DNA of 46,030 nt, taken from Pseudomonadota bacterium. GTDB taxonomy: Bacteria; Pseudomonadota; Alphaproteobacteria; Rhizobiales; CAJQND01. A program made the translations under genes and the position numbers. Below, piece after piece: positions 19,535 through 28,831 of this stretch. Positions within the stretch are counted from its first letter, which is position 1. Every line of letters starts with the position of its first letter. The notes under the pieces are model-generated. The model was not told the origin of the DNA. It saw nothing but the letters and a program-made list of their open reading frames with translations, and searched no databases. The stretch covers positions 1 through 46,030 of the forward strand of contig JBCCEL010000003.1 of NCBI GenBank assembly GCA_039030315.1. The letters are read 5' to 3'.

Positions 19535-20938
19535 TTACCAGCCGATGCCCTGGTAGCCAGGCTGCACCGGGAGGTCTTTGAAGAGCCGCACGAGGTCGAT
19601 GACTTTGACATCGCCGCCGCGGCGTCTAAGGGCTTCGCGGTACTGGTCCGAAGCGTGGGTCACCACGACCAGCTCCGCTGCGTCGAGCACGTCCTCGACG
19701 TCATTGCTCAGCATGCCTGGCAGCGCGTCCACCGTCGGCTTCAGATGGGGACAGACGCTGCTGACATAGGAGAACTGATCTGAAATCCGGGTCTCGGGGG
19801 TGATCGCCTCGTCATGTGCCGAAACCTCATAGCCTTCGCCCAGAAGCTGGTTCAGAACTTCCAGGATGGGGCTCTCGCGCAGGTCGTCCGTGCCGCGTTT
19901 GAAGGCGAGGCCGAGGAAGCCGACTTTCCTTGCGCCACTGCCGCGCACCATCTCGACAGCGTCGGCTATCTGCGTCTCGTTGGATTTGCCGAGGCTGTCG
20001 ATCAGCGGCACGTTGACGTCCAGCTCACCGGCGAGATGGGCGACCGCACGCACTTCTTTCGGCAGGCAGGAGCCGCCATAGGCAAAACCGGGCTTCAGAT
20101 AATAGGGCGACAGGTTCAGTTTCTGATCCTGCACGAATATGTTCATGACGTCGTGGCTGTCGATGCCGAGCGGCTTGCAGATGCGGCCGATCTCGTTGGC
20201 GAAGCAGACCTTGGTGGCGTGCCAGACATTGTCGGCGTACTTGACCATCTCCGCAGCTTCGATCGTCGTCAGCAACGGCGCTTCGTCGACCGGACGATAG
20301 ATGTTCGCCACAACGCGGGCCGTGTAGTCGTCGCTTGCACCGATGACGGTCTTGGGCGGGGCGCGGAAGTCTTCGATCGCGGTACCTTCACGCAGGAATT
20401 CCGGGTTGAAGCAGACCCCGAAATCGCGGCCCATCGTCTTGCCGGAGGCTGCCTCGATTTCCGGCACCATCACGTTCAGGGTCGTGCCGGGCGGAATCGA
20501 ACACCGCATGACGATGATGTGATGTTCGTATTTCAGGGCCAGAGCCTGTCCGATGGCACGAGCCGACTTGATGATGGCAGTGTAGTCGCAGCCGCCGCCT
20601 TCCTTGGTGGGCGTGCCGACCGAGACGAAAGTGACGTCGGTATCAACGACAGCTGCGATGAGATCGCCCGTCGTGCTGATGAGATGGTTGTCGACGCCTT
20701 CGCCGAGCAGATCGGTCAGGCCGGCCTCATGGATGGGAGACTTGCCGCTTCCGACGGCCGCGCGTTTGACGGGATCGATGTCGCAGCCGACGACGCGGTG
20801 CCCGAGACTGGAGAGGCAGGCGGTCGAGACGGCACCGACATAGCCCAGTCCAACCACGCTGATGGCCGGCAGGTTCTTGACGAGTTTGAGGTGAGCGGGT
20901 GTGGCCGTGGCCTGGTTGATTTGAGCGAGAGCGTTCAT
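19535..20938 (-). CDS. algD: GDP-mannose 6-dehydrogenase
   Basis: GLGYVG, FNPEFLREG, KLNLSPYYLKPGFAYGGSCLPKE, GLAFKRGTDDLRESP, terminal YQGIGW; alg8/alg44/algA context. Confidence 0.9.
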   Translation of the reverse strand: MNALAQINQATATPAHLKLVKNLPAISVVGLGYVGAVSTACLSSLGHRVVGCDIDPVKRAAVGSGKSPIHEAGLTDLLGEGVDNHLISTTGDLIAAVVDTDVTFVSVGTPTKEGGGCDYTAIIKSARAIGQALALKYEHHIIVMRCSIPPGTTLNVMVPEIEAASGKTMGRDFGVCFNPEFLREGTAIEDFRAPPKTVIGASDDYTARVVANIYRPVDEAPLLTTIEAAEMVKYADNVWHATKVCFANEIGRICKPLGIDSHDVMNIFVQDQKLNLSPYYLKPGFAYGGSCLPKEVRAVAHLAGELDVNVPLIDSLGKSNETQIADAVEMVRGSGARKVGFLGLAFKRGTDDLRESPILEVLNQLLGEGYEVSAHDEAITPETRISDQFSYVSSVCPHLKPTVDALPGMLSNDVEDVLDAAELVVVTHASDQYREALRRRGGDVKVIDLVRLFKDLPVQPGYQGIGW

Positions 20939-20979
20939 TTTCGAGAGCCTTCTGTTTGGGTTCAGCTGCTCTCACCAAC

Positions 20980-20994
20980 TCAACTGTCATGCCA
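20980..20994 (-). promoter_or_regulatory. Sigma-54 promoter of algD-RTX (variant -12)
   Basis: TGGCAT-GACAG-TTGA (GA rather than GC at -12). Confidence 0.6.
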
Positions 20995-21022
20995 ATCCCG
21001 GCATGAAAATAAAATCATTTAA

Positions 21023-21035
21023 TTTCAAAAGATTA
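21023..21035. promoter_or_regulatory. Putative IHF site
   Basis: TTTCAAAAGATTA, one mismatch to WATCAANNNNTTR, next to an A/T tract, between promoter and enhancer motifs. Confidence 0.55.
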
Positions 21036-21067
21036 GCTAGGGATCATCGGATTTTTCCACTGATCGT

Positions 21068-21135
21068 TTTTCATTGCAGAAACCGCCGTTTTCAAAATCG
21101 AAATGCCACCAATCCGGCGCTTTCGAAACTGAAAA
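21068..21135. promoter_or_regulatory. Putative enhancer (UAS) cluster A
   Basis: TTTTCAttgCAGAAA 21068-82, TTTTCAaaaTCGAAA 21089-103, TTTCGAaacTGAAAA 21121-35. Confidence 0.65.
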
Positions 21136-21138
21136 TGC

Positions 21139-23088
21139 TCAAGCGCCGGACGCCCGTCGGATTTCGAAAAGTGGGTTGCTGCCGAGAAAGCTCTGCAGGT
21201 TGCCGAAAGACCAGGATTTCGCAGTCTCACATTTGCCGTCAGCGCAGTGTGCGAGTTTCACGGTCAGCTGGAACGGTGCTGCCGGATAGAAGAGATTTGC
21301 GTAGGCCAGGAGTTGATGGCCAGAGGATGCTCCGGGAATCAATCTGGAATAGCGCTCCCGCAGTTTGGCTGTCGCGAAAGCATCCCATCCGGCGCCGGGC
21401 ATCCAGCGGCGCGCGCGCGGTCCCTTGCCGTCCAGGTCCCGGGCCAGGATCGCGCCCTGGTCCAGCAGACGGTCCAGCGTGGTCTGCAATGACCTGCGCT
21501 GCCGGGGGGCCAGGGCATGCCGGATGGCGCCGAGGCCCATCAGGCTGAGGCCGGCGTGGTTGACGTCTTCGACACGCCTTGGATTGGGTTCCGGTTTCCG
21601 GACGGGGCGGAGTTTGGAGATCCGGTCCGCCTTCTGCCAGCCCCGATAGTACCGGGGAACCCAATATCTCCAGAGCGCCCCTCGCGCGTCAGCGGACCAG
21701 GTTTGCACGAACGCATCCGCAATTCGGGATGCGCGGGCATTGAGGTGCGGACGTTTTTCGGCCGTGCCAACCCGGTCGAGCACCGTTGCCCAGGTCAGAT
21801 GCCAGTTCCAGGGCGCCCATATGCCATCGAAGCGGAACGGCGCTCCGTACTGGATGCGGTAGTGCCCCGTCCGCTCGTCGTAATGGCGTTCGTACGATCT
21901 GATGAGGCGCGAAGCGTTCCTCTGAACCTTGTGTTGAAGCCCCGGCGTGCATCTTTCGCCCAGGCGTTCACATGCCCGCAGCAGCGCGCCCGATATCATG
22001 GCCTGATTGATCTGAAACGACACCGGGCTGCGCCGGTCGATCGAGTAGATACGGGAGGCCCAGGCAGCAGCGGGATTGAACTCGCCGCCGATCCCCAGGT
22101 CCCTGTTCCGAACGGACAAGGTGTTGCGCATCGCCAGGGTGGCGAGATCGGCGAACACGCGGTGACCGGTCTTCTGATAAAGCGTCGCCAGGGTCAGGGT
22201 CCGATAGGACTGTGTCCAGCTTTGTTTGCCCGCTTCATCGGATGCAAGCGATGCCGGTTCGCCAAGTCCGCGCAAGAGCACACCGTTGATGGCGTGGAAG
22301 GCCATCTTCGCGGCGGGCGTTCCGGAGATCGAGAGGATCGCAGCTCCGTGTTGTCCCTTGAGGAGCCTGGGCGCCAGCGTCTCATCGGCTTCGGTCGCAC
22401 GGAGCTTCGAGACCTCACCGGACTTCATGTCCAGCTCGAGGAGGTCACTCCCCCGTTTGGGATCGCAATAGGCCTGAAGAAGAATGGAACGGCGCGTTGC
22501 CTTGGTGCCCAGAACTGCGCATCCCTCATAGGAGCCCAGCAGCATGCCATCCCGTGCGACGCGGTTGCCCTTGCGGGAATATCTGTAGAAGCGCGTGCGC
22601 TGCGCGCGCTTGTCGAACACGGACACGATCAATTCGTGCCGCCGGAAAACGAGGACACGGACGACCGCGAGCCGGGGCCACTCCAGGACTGGCTCGCCAT
22701 TATGGATCAGCTCGACCCTGGATTTGGGGCCTTTGGTTGTGCGGATGTAGACAAAGTCGCCGCCGGGACCGAAGCGGAAGCCGCCGATCCGCGACACGTC
22801 ATCGATGTCCTTGCCGTCAACGACGACCGTATCGCCGAACGTCACGGTCGGCCGGAACGCGCCCTTCTCCCAGAAGGACCGCAGCTCATAACCGCCCTTG
22901 CGCCCGACGCTGTTCAGCCCCCGCATGGAGACGCCGTTTTGGCTCGCAAGTCCTGTCGCCGTGTTGAAGGAGAAGCCCTTGCCGCTTTGCTCGATAATGT
23001 AACCGCCGCCCGCAAACGCCGGCGATGCGCCAACCAAAGCAGCGAGGGCGCAAGCTGCCGCTTGCGCCCGGTTTGGTGAGATCGACAT
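21139..23088 (-). CDS. Exported protein of unknown function (beta-rich N-terminus, aromatic/basic helical C-terminus)
   Basis: ATG 23088 just after the algI stop; signal peptide ending ASPAFA; last gene of the acetylation operon. Confidence 0.75.
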   Translation of the reverse strand: MSISPNRAQAAACALAALVGASPAFAGGGYIIEQSGKGFSFNTATGLASQNGVSMRGLNSVGRKGGYELRSFWEKGAFRPTVTFGDTVVVDGKDIDDVSRIGGFRFGPGGDFVYIRTTKGPKSRVELIHNGEPVLEWPRLAVVRVLVFRRHELIVSVFDKRAQRTRFYRYSRKGNRVARDGMLLGSYEGCAVLGTKATRRSILLQAYCDPKRGSDLLELDMKSGEVSKLRATEADETLAPRLLKGQHGAAILSISGTPAAKMAFHAINGVLLRGLGEPASLASDEAGKQSWTQSYRTLTLATLYQKTGHRVFADLATLAMRNTLSVRNRDLGIGGEFNPAAAWASRIYSIDRRSPVSFQINQAMISGALLRACERLGERCTPGLQHKVQRNASRLIRSYERHYDERTGHYRIQYGAPFRFDGIWAPWNWHLTWATVLDRVGTAEKRPHLNARASRIADAFVQTWSADARGALWRYWVPRYYRGWQKADRISKLRPVRKPEPNPRRVEDVNHAGLSLMGLGAIRHALAPRQRRSLQTTLDRLLDQGAILARDLDGKGPRARRWMPGAGWDAFATAKLRERYSRLIPGASSGHQLLAYANLFYPAAPFQLTVKLAHCADGKCETAKSWSFGNLQSFLGSNPLFEIRRASGA

Positions 23089-23102
23089 GGATGAGATCCG
23101 TT

Positions 23103-24596
23103 CTAGAAGTTGAAGTAGATGAATTCGGTCAGGTCCCCGAGGCGGTAGACCTGCAGCAGGGCCACCGCGAAAACACCGCTCACCGCCATTGCCCAGCGCC
23201 GGCTCGGGCGCCAGCTCACGGCTGCCGACCGGCGGATATGCTGCGCCGCGTCGATGACGGGGCGGTACTTGCGGACGAGTTCGATGGAGTTCGGGGCGTA
23301 GAAGACAACCAGCGCCAGAGCGATGAACTGCACCCACGGCAGGCCGGTTTGCGCCAGTACGCCCGACCAGGCCTTCACATCGTAGAGCTCAGTGAAGCCC
23401 AGCATACCGGACATGACGGCCAGCGCCCCATCCAGAGTCTCCGCCCGGAACGGCACCCAGGCGAAGATGACCGCAAGCATGGTGAGACCCTGAGCAAGGC
23501 TCGAGGAAAGTGCGCGGGTGAGCGGAGAGACGTCCTTCCGGCGCGGAAACACTGCCGACCAGGCATGGTTGATTGCAAGGTAAACACCGTGCAGTGCGCC
23601 CCAGAGGACGAAGTTCCAGCTCGCTCCGTGCCAGAGACCGCCAAGCACCATGGTCGCGAAAAGGTTGAGATAACGGCGGAACCTGCCGTGGCGATTGCCG
23701 CCGAGCGGTATGTAGAGATAGTCACGCAGGAAGCGGGAGAGCGTGATGTGCCAGCGGCGCCAGAAGTCGACAATGCTGGTGGCCTTGTAGGGCGAGTTGA
23801 AGTTGATCGGCAGGCGGATGCCGAACATGCGCGCCAGCCCGAGGGCCATGTCGCAATAGCCGGAGAAATCGAAATAGATCTGGAACGTATAGGCCAGCGC
23901 GCCGATCCAGGCGGCCTCGGCCGGCACGGCGTGGCCCGCATCCGCCAGGCTGAAGACCGATGTTGCCAGCGGCGCGATGCCGTCGGCCAGAACGATCTTC
24001 TTGAAGAGCCCGATGGCGAACAGAGTCCCGCCAACTGCCAGGTTCAGGAACAGTTTGCTCTGAAAGACCTTCAGGGTGAACTGCGGGATCGTGTCCTTCT
24101 GCAGCACGATCGGTCCGGCGATCAACTGCGGGAAGAACACCACGAACAGGCAGTACCTGGAGAAGTCGCACTCGCTGATCTCCCCGCGCCATGTGTCGCA
24201 AAGGAACGATATCTGCTGGAACGTGAAGAACGAGATGGCAAGGGGTAGGATGATGCCAAGTGCCGGGAGGTCAGCACCCGGCAGCAGGTTGATATTGCCG
24301 ATAAGGAAGTCGGCATATTTGAAATAGGCAAGCGTGGCGAGGTTCCCGGCGATACCGGCTGCCAACACCGGCTTTGACCTGGTCCGCAGGATCATCCGGT
24401 GCAGGCCGAAGTTCGCCAGCACCGAACCGATGAGCAGCAGCAGGTGGATCGGGCTCCACCAGGCGTAGAACGCCAGAGAAGCGGCGATCAGCCACCAGAT
24501 GATGGCACTTTCCCGGCCCCAGGCGCGCAAGGCGAGATAGCCCAGCAGCACCGGCGGCAGAAACAGGTAGATGAATTCAAGGGAACTGAAGACCAT
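23103..24596 (-). CDS. algI: MBOAT O-acetyltransferase (AlgI-like)
   Basis: MVFSSLEF, PLAISFFTFQQIS, FFPQLIAGPI, QIYFDFSGYCDMA, FWRRWHITLS, GLWHGA, FIYFNF. Confidence 0.9.
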   Translation of the reverse strand: MVFSSLEFIYLFLPPVLLGYLALRAWGRESAIIWWLIAASLAFYAWWSPIHLLLLIGSVLANFGLHRMILRTRSKPVLAAGIAGNLATLAYFKYADFLIGNINLLPGADLPALGIILPLAISFFTFQQISFLCDTWRGEISECDFSRYCLFVVFFPQLIAGPIVLQKDTIPQFTLKVFQSKLFLNLAVGGTLFAIGLFKKIVLADGIAPLATSVFSLADAGHAVPAEAAWIGALAYTFQIYFDFSGYCDMALGLARMFGIRLPINFNSPYKATSIVDFWRRWHITLSRFLRDYLYIPLGGNRHGRFRRYLNLFATMVLGGLWHGASWNFVLWGALHGVYLAINHAWSAVFPRRKDVSPLTRALSSSLAQGLTMLAVIFAWVPFRAETLDGALAVMSGMLGFTELYDVKAWSGVLAQTGLPWVQFIALALVVFYAPNSIELVRKYRPVIDAAQHIRRSAAVSWRPSRRWAMAVSGVFAVALLQVYRLGDLTEFIYFNF

Positions 24597-24610
24597 GGTT
24601 CTGCCTCGTC

Positions 24611-25798
24611 TCAAGTCTGGGAGTTGTTTTCGCCGGCCTGCTTGAGCAGGGCCTGCAGGAGGGTCTTGGAGCCGGTGTGGCCAAGCGAACTGCCCCTGCG
24701 GGCGAGTTTCAGGGCTCCGGCCATGTCTTTCGGCGCAAGCTTGCCTTCGGCACAGATGCGGGCGAGCTCTTCCATGGCTCCGGCATGGGAAGCCTTCACA
24801 CCCTTCTGGAACCAGGCAACGGCGCCGTCTTTCTTCAGGCCGTGCAGTTGCTTGAGATGCAGCCGGCCAAGTTTGGTCATTGCCCCGCCATGTCCGGCTT
24901 CCGCGGCGCGCTTGAGCCAGCCGATTGCCTCATCGGCACTCTTCGGTCCGGCTTTATCGACCAAAAGCAGGTTCGCCAGATCGTGCATCGCCCCGGGGTT
25001 ACCGAGATGACTGGCGTGGCGGAACCAGTAGAAAGCTCTTTCTCTCGAGCGCTGGACGAATTCGCCATCGCGGTAAAGCCGCCCCAGGGTCTTGGCCGGG
25101 CTGCCGGAGCCGGAGCGGGCTTTCGTCTTCAGGGCATTGATTGCGCGGGCCGCCAAGGCCCGGGCCCGTTCCGGATCCTTCCTGACGCCGTGATGGCCCT
25201 TCAGCAGGATACGGGCATACTTCAGAGAAACCGCCTCAAAGCCGGCCCTCGCAGCCCCTTCGTAGTGATACAGCGCGCGGCTCTGATCGGCGTCCACGCC
25301 GATGCCGCGCGTAAAGTGGCCAGCCAGCTGCACGTGTGCCTTCTCATAACCCCAGTCCAGCGCCTTCAGGAACCACTCGACAGCGATGCGGTTGCAATCC
25401 GGTCCCGATGATCTCTGATAGAGCCGGCCCAGTTCGAAGGCCGCTTCACCGCGCAGGGAAAACTTGAACTGAACGGCGCGCAGAAGCGCCATGCGGCCCT
25501 TCTCCAGATCGGGCGACACGCCCCAGCCGCGGGACAGTATTTTTCCGTGATGAAACAGCGCGTGCGGATAGCCCTGATGGGCATAGCGTTCGATGATCTC
25601 GGCTGCCTCGGTCCACTTGCCCAGCTTCTGCAGGCCGCGGGCCTGGTTCAGGTGTTCGGTGACGAGCGGATCAGTGGGCGGTTCCTTGGCAAGGTCCGGA
25701 AGTCCGCGCCAAAAGAACACGGTTGCGCAGAGGGCGCACAGGACCACGAAGGGCGCGACATTCACGAGAAACAGCTGAGGGTTTTCAGGCCGGGTCAT
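24611..25798 (-). CDS. Sel1-like repeat protein (AlgK-like scaffold)
   Basis: N-terminal TM; Sel1 repeats (WFLKALDWG, WFRHASHLG, WLKRAAEAG); alg context. Confidence 0.8.
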   Translation of the reverse strand: MTRPENPQLFLVNVAPFVVLCALCATVFFWRGLPDLAKEPPTDPLVTEHLNQARGLQKLGKWTEAAEIIERYAHQGYPHALFHHGKILSRGWGVSPDLEKGRMALLRAVQFKFSLRGEAAFELGRLYQRSSGPDCNRIAVEWFLKALDWGYEKAHVQLAGHFTRGIGVDADQSRALYHYEGAARAGFEAVSLKYARILLKGHHGVRKDPERARALAARAINALKTKARSGSGSPAKTLGRLYRDGEFVQRSRERAFYWFRHASHLGNPGAMHDLANLLLVDKAGPKSADEAIGWLKRAAEAGHGGAMTKLGRLHLKQLHGLKKDGAVAWFQKGVKASHAGAMEELARICAEGKLAPKDMAGALKLARRGSSLGHTGSKTLLQALLKQAGENNSQT

Positions 25799-27077
25799 TT
25801 GCACGCCTCCAGATCCTGCAGTTCGAGCCTTCGGTCATCGTCACGATTCCGTCTGTAACTGTGTCGGAAACCGCCTTCCCATGGACGGGACAGGCAATAC
25901 CGGCCCGTGACCTGGCAGCAGCGTTTTCGACAGAAACCGCATTGGTCAGCAGCTGGCCGACCTCGCCCACGATGTTGCGGGCGGCACGGGCGTTGAAGTG
26001 ATAGGCATCGGTAAAGTTGCCGAGATTACGGGTGAACGGGTTGTCGAAATCCAGATCGACGACCGGCGCCAGGGCGGCGAGCCTCAAGCGCAGGCGGCGG
26101 TCGAGATCCGAGCGGCCAAACTCTGCGATCCGCGCCTGCATTTCGGGGATCGTCGGCGGAATCACGAAAACCAGGTTGACGCCGTTCGCCCTGCTCCACT
26201 CGGCAATCTCGGCAATCTTCGCCCAGAGGTCCTCTGAAAACCTGAAACGCTTCCAGTCGGACTTTCCGTTCTTGCGGACCTGCCTGGCAAAGCGGGCCGG
26301 AAGATCACGATTGATGGAAATGTTCTGCCAGAGCCTAGCCCAGCGGCCATACCCGTAGCCGTGGCCCTGCCCGCGGCCATAGACGGGATAGGGAACCGGC
26401 TCCCGCAGTTCCGGCAGGCGGCAGCCAAAGCATACGTCAGGCTGCAGCAGGGTCCCGAGGCTGGTGCGGCCGGGCGAGCCCAGATCGGCCGCTCTGGCGG
26501 GTGTGGTGAAACCCGGAAGCAGACCACGCAGCGTTGCCAACTGGCGTGGATATCTTGCCTCGACCTGCCGCCAGGATATTCGGGTGACGAACCAGCTGGT
26601 GAAATACTTGACCGGGTTTCCTGCAAGCTTCAGGGCCTCCGGCACACGGTTCATGCCAGACTTGTGGGCCGGATCGAAACTGCGGAGCTGGATGCCGACC
26701 ACCAGGTTCTTCGGCTTCGGCTGCGTCTTGAGATAGCGGAAGGTCTCGTGGATCTCGTGGATCGTCGCGCCGCCATAGGCGAAGTTGAAGGCGCGCTTGA
26801 TGCCGAGCTCGCTCCAGTATTTGTCGCGCAAGGCGCGCGCGCGACTATCGCCGAGAATGATCGTTTCCGGCGGCCGTTTCCTGGAATGGGCAATGACCTT
26901 CCACAATGGATAGTGGGCCTTTTCGCTGATCTTTTTCTTGGCGAGCCCGAGCGGCAGTCCGCCAAGCCGGTCATACGGATCGACGGCAAGGTTAAGCGCG
27001 ATGGGAAGCGCCCCGAGGCACGCCGATGCCGCCAGAGCGGCGATATACGGTTTTGGAATGGACGAGCGTTTTGACAT
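25785..27077 (-). CDS. SGNH-like O-acetyltransferase partner (AlgX/AlgJ/DltD-type)
   Basis: N-terminal anchor + VDPY; ILGDSR, FNFAYGG, FTDAYHFN (DxxH). ATG 27077 chosen because ATG 27128 lies inside the sigma-54 promoter. Confidence 0.72.
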   Translation of the reverse strand: MSKRSSIPKPYIAALAASACLGALPIALNLAVDPYDRLGGLPLGLAKKKISEKAHYPLWKVIAHSRKRPPETIILGDSRARALRDKYWSELGIKRAFNFAYGGATIHEIHETFRYLKTQPKPKNLVVGIQLRSFDPAHKSGMNRVPEALKLAGNPVKYFTSWFVTRISWRQVEARYPRQLATLRGLLPGFTTPARAADLGSPGRTSLGTLLQPDVCFGCRLPELREPVPYPVYGRGQGHGYGYGRWARLWQNISINRDLPARFARQVRKNGKSDWKRFRFSEDLWAKIAEIAEWSRANGVNLVFVIPPTIPEMQARIAEFGRSDLDRRLRLRLAALAPVVDLDFDNPFTRNLGNFTDAYHFNARAARNIVGEVGQLLTNAVSVENAAARSRAGIACPVHGKAVSDTVTDGIVTMTEGSNCRIWRRANDPA

Positions 27078-27117
27078 TTCAAGCTTGCTTCGCAGTGGGT
27101 GGTCTGCACCTCCTCCC

Positions 27118-27132
27118 GCAAGCGGCATGCCA
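27118..27132 (-). promoter_or_regulatory. Sigma-54 promoter of the SGNH-Sel1-algI-unknown operon
   Basis: TGGCAT-GCCGC-TTGC, canonical -24/-12 spacing. Confidence 0.8.
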
Positions 27133-27159
27133 TTGTTAGCAAACGTATTTATTTAATAA

Positions 27160-27172
27160 AAACAATAACTTA
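27160..27172. promoter_or_regulatory. Putative IHF site
   Basis: AAACAATAACTTA, one mismatch to consensus, preceded by an A/T tract. Confidence 0.55.
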
Positions 27173-27193
27173 CCAGATCATCACTACGCGCCC

Positions 27194-27250
27194 TTTCGAT
27201 ATTGAAAACCACCGGTTTTCAATATCGAAATCGCGGTTTCAATATCCGGC
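27194..27250. promoter_or_regulatory. Putative enhancer (UAS) cluster B
   Basis: TTTCGAtatTGAAAA 27194-208 and TTTTCAataTCGAAA 27216-230 (17-bp perfect inverted repeat, 3-nt spacer); partial third copy over the alg8 stop. Confidence 0.7.
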
Positions 27251-28831
27251 AAAGGACCTCAGCAGCGTGCCGGACGGAATTTCGATGAGCCGGGTATAGT
27301 GCACGGTCGAGAGCACCAGCAGAGCTGCCGCCAGTGCCGTGCACCAATTGTCCATGGCGTTGCGGAAGAGTTGCAGGAGCGCATCGCCGCTTGCAGCAGC
27401 GGTCTGGTTGCCCCGGTTCGACCAGCGCTGTTTGGAGAGACGGAATATGCAGTAGACCTTCACGGAGGCATTGATGAGCTGATTGAGATAGAGAATCCAG
27501 GGATAGGCCATCTGGATGCGGCGGGAGTAGCCGAACAGGAAAAGCGAGAGCAGCATGCGGCTGAGCGCGATGAAGATGAGATAGGACAGGATGTAGGTCG
27601 GGCCCTGCAGCAGCGTGGCAGCGACGGCCAGGACCGGGCTTACCAGCATGGTCCACATCGAAAGGCGCTGATCCACCAGGCACCACCAGATGAAGAAGGG
27701 CATCCGGTGCGGACCGAGCTTGATGGCCCGGGCACCGTTGCGCAGCATGTTGCCGGACCAGCGCCGGAAGTTCTGCACCATCCGGTCCATGCCGGAGCCT
27801 TCGATCACCTCGACCGTGTAGCCGAGGGCATCCGGCACGTAACGCATGTGGGCGCCATGCTTCAGCATGAAGTACCAGGTGCTCTTGTCGTCGCCTGAGA
27901 GGAAGCGGAAGTTCCCCCAGAGCCAATGCTCCAGGTGATCGGCTTCAAGCAACCGGATGAACTCCAGCTGCAAAAGATTTCTGGCCCGAAAGACGGACAT
28001 GCGGCCGGTCAAGGTCAGCACCCGGCCGGAAAGCGCATGTGATTGCATCGCCAATCGGCGCTGGGCGAAGCGCATTTTCAGCCAGGTCTCGATCCAGCGC
28101 GGGCCAATGCAGATGACCTCCTCGTCGGTCGTGCAGGCCTGCAGGTCCGGGTAGAGCTTGAACAGCGGCATGCAGCGGCTGATCGCCCCTTCGGCGAGAA
28201 TGAAGTCGCCGTCCATGAAGACGACCAGATCGTCCTCATCGATCGGCAGCCGGCACATGGCGCGCAGAACCAGGCCGATCGCCGCCCGTTTGCCGGACAC
28301 ATTTTGCCGGATAATGCGCAGGGTGATGTCGGTGTCGCCCGCCTCGCGCCGCAGAAAGTCTTCTATGATGTCTTCATCGAAGCGGTCGGAGGAGCCGAGC
28401 CAGATCGTGCCCGGGACACCGGAGTTCCTGATCTCCAGCAGAATGGAGCGGACCACCTTTTCCGTGATCGAGCGGTGCTCCTTGTAGGTGGTCATCATGA
28501 AATGCATGTGCCGGGGGCGCCAGCCAGACTCCCAGATCTTGCGCCCCTCTTCGCGCATGCGCGGGTAGACGTACTTGCCGTAAATGACCGCCCGCACCGC
28601 GTGTGTGAACCACCAGCCGTAACGCCAGATGCCGAGCGCGCCGATCACGAAGGTGATCTGCGCCACCTCCCGATCCCAGATGCTGTTTGGCAGGGTCAGG
28701 ACGGCAATCAGGCAGCAGCCGAAATAGAGCGCGATCTTGAAGAGCGCGAAGGGTGTCCACTTCCGCCAGCCCGTCGGCCAGTCGGTCGGATCGTCGAGAT
28801 TGGCGACCTTATCAAGCTTCACTGCCGGCAT
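27239..28831 (-). CDS. alg8: GT2 alginate polymerase (Alg8-like)
   Basis: IGALGIWRYGW, GKRAAIG, MDGD, VLTLTGRMSVFRA, FLSGDDKSTWY, RRWSGNMLR, DQRLSMWT. Confidence 0.88.
   Translation of the reverse strand: MPAVKLDKVANLDDPTDWPTGWRKWTPFALFKIALYFGCCLIAVLTLPNSIWDREVAQITFVIGALGIWRYGWWFTHAVRAVIYGKYVYPRMREEGRKIWESGWRPRHMHFMMTTYKEHRSITEKVVRSILLEIRNSGVPGTIWLGSSDRFDEDIIEDFLRREAGDTDITLRIIRQNVSGKRAAIGLVLRAMCRLPIDEDDLVVFMDGDFILAEGAISRCMPLFKLYPDLQACTTDEEVICIGPRWIETWLKMRFAQRRLAMQSHALSGRVLTLTGRMSVFRARNLLQLEFIRLLEADHLEHWLWGNFRFLSGDDKSTWYFMLKHGAHMRYVPDALGYTVEVIEGSGMDRMVQNFRRWSGNMLRNGARAIKLGPHRMPFFIWWCLVDQRLSMWTMLVSPVLAVAATLLQGPTYILSYLIFIALSRMLLSLFLFGYSRRIQMAYPWILYLNQLINASVKVYCIFRLSKQRWSNRGNQTAAASGDALLQLFRNAMDNWCTALAAALLVLSTVHYTRLIEIPSGTLLRSFAGY

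Noticed and set aside
27194-27230. 17-bp inverted repeat as an alg8 terminator
   Set aside because: AT-rich stem with no U-tract on the minus strand; its arms match the motif found at the other promoters, so a protein-binding site fits better (a dual role is not excluded)
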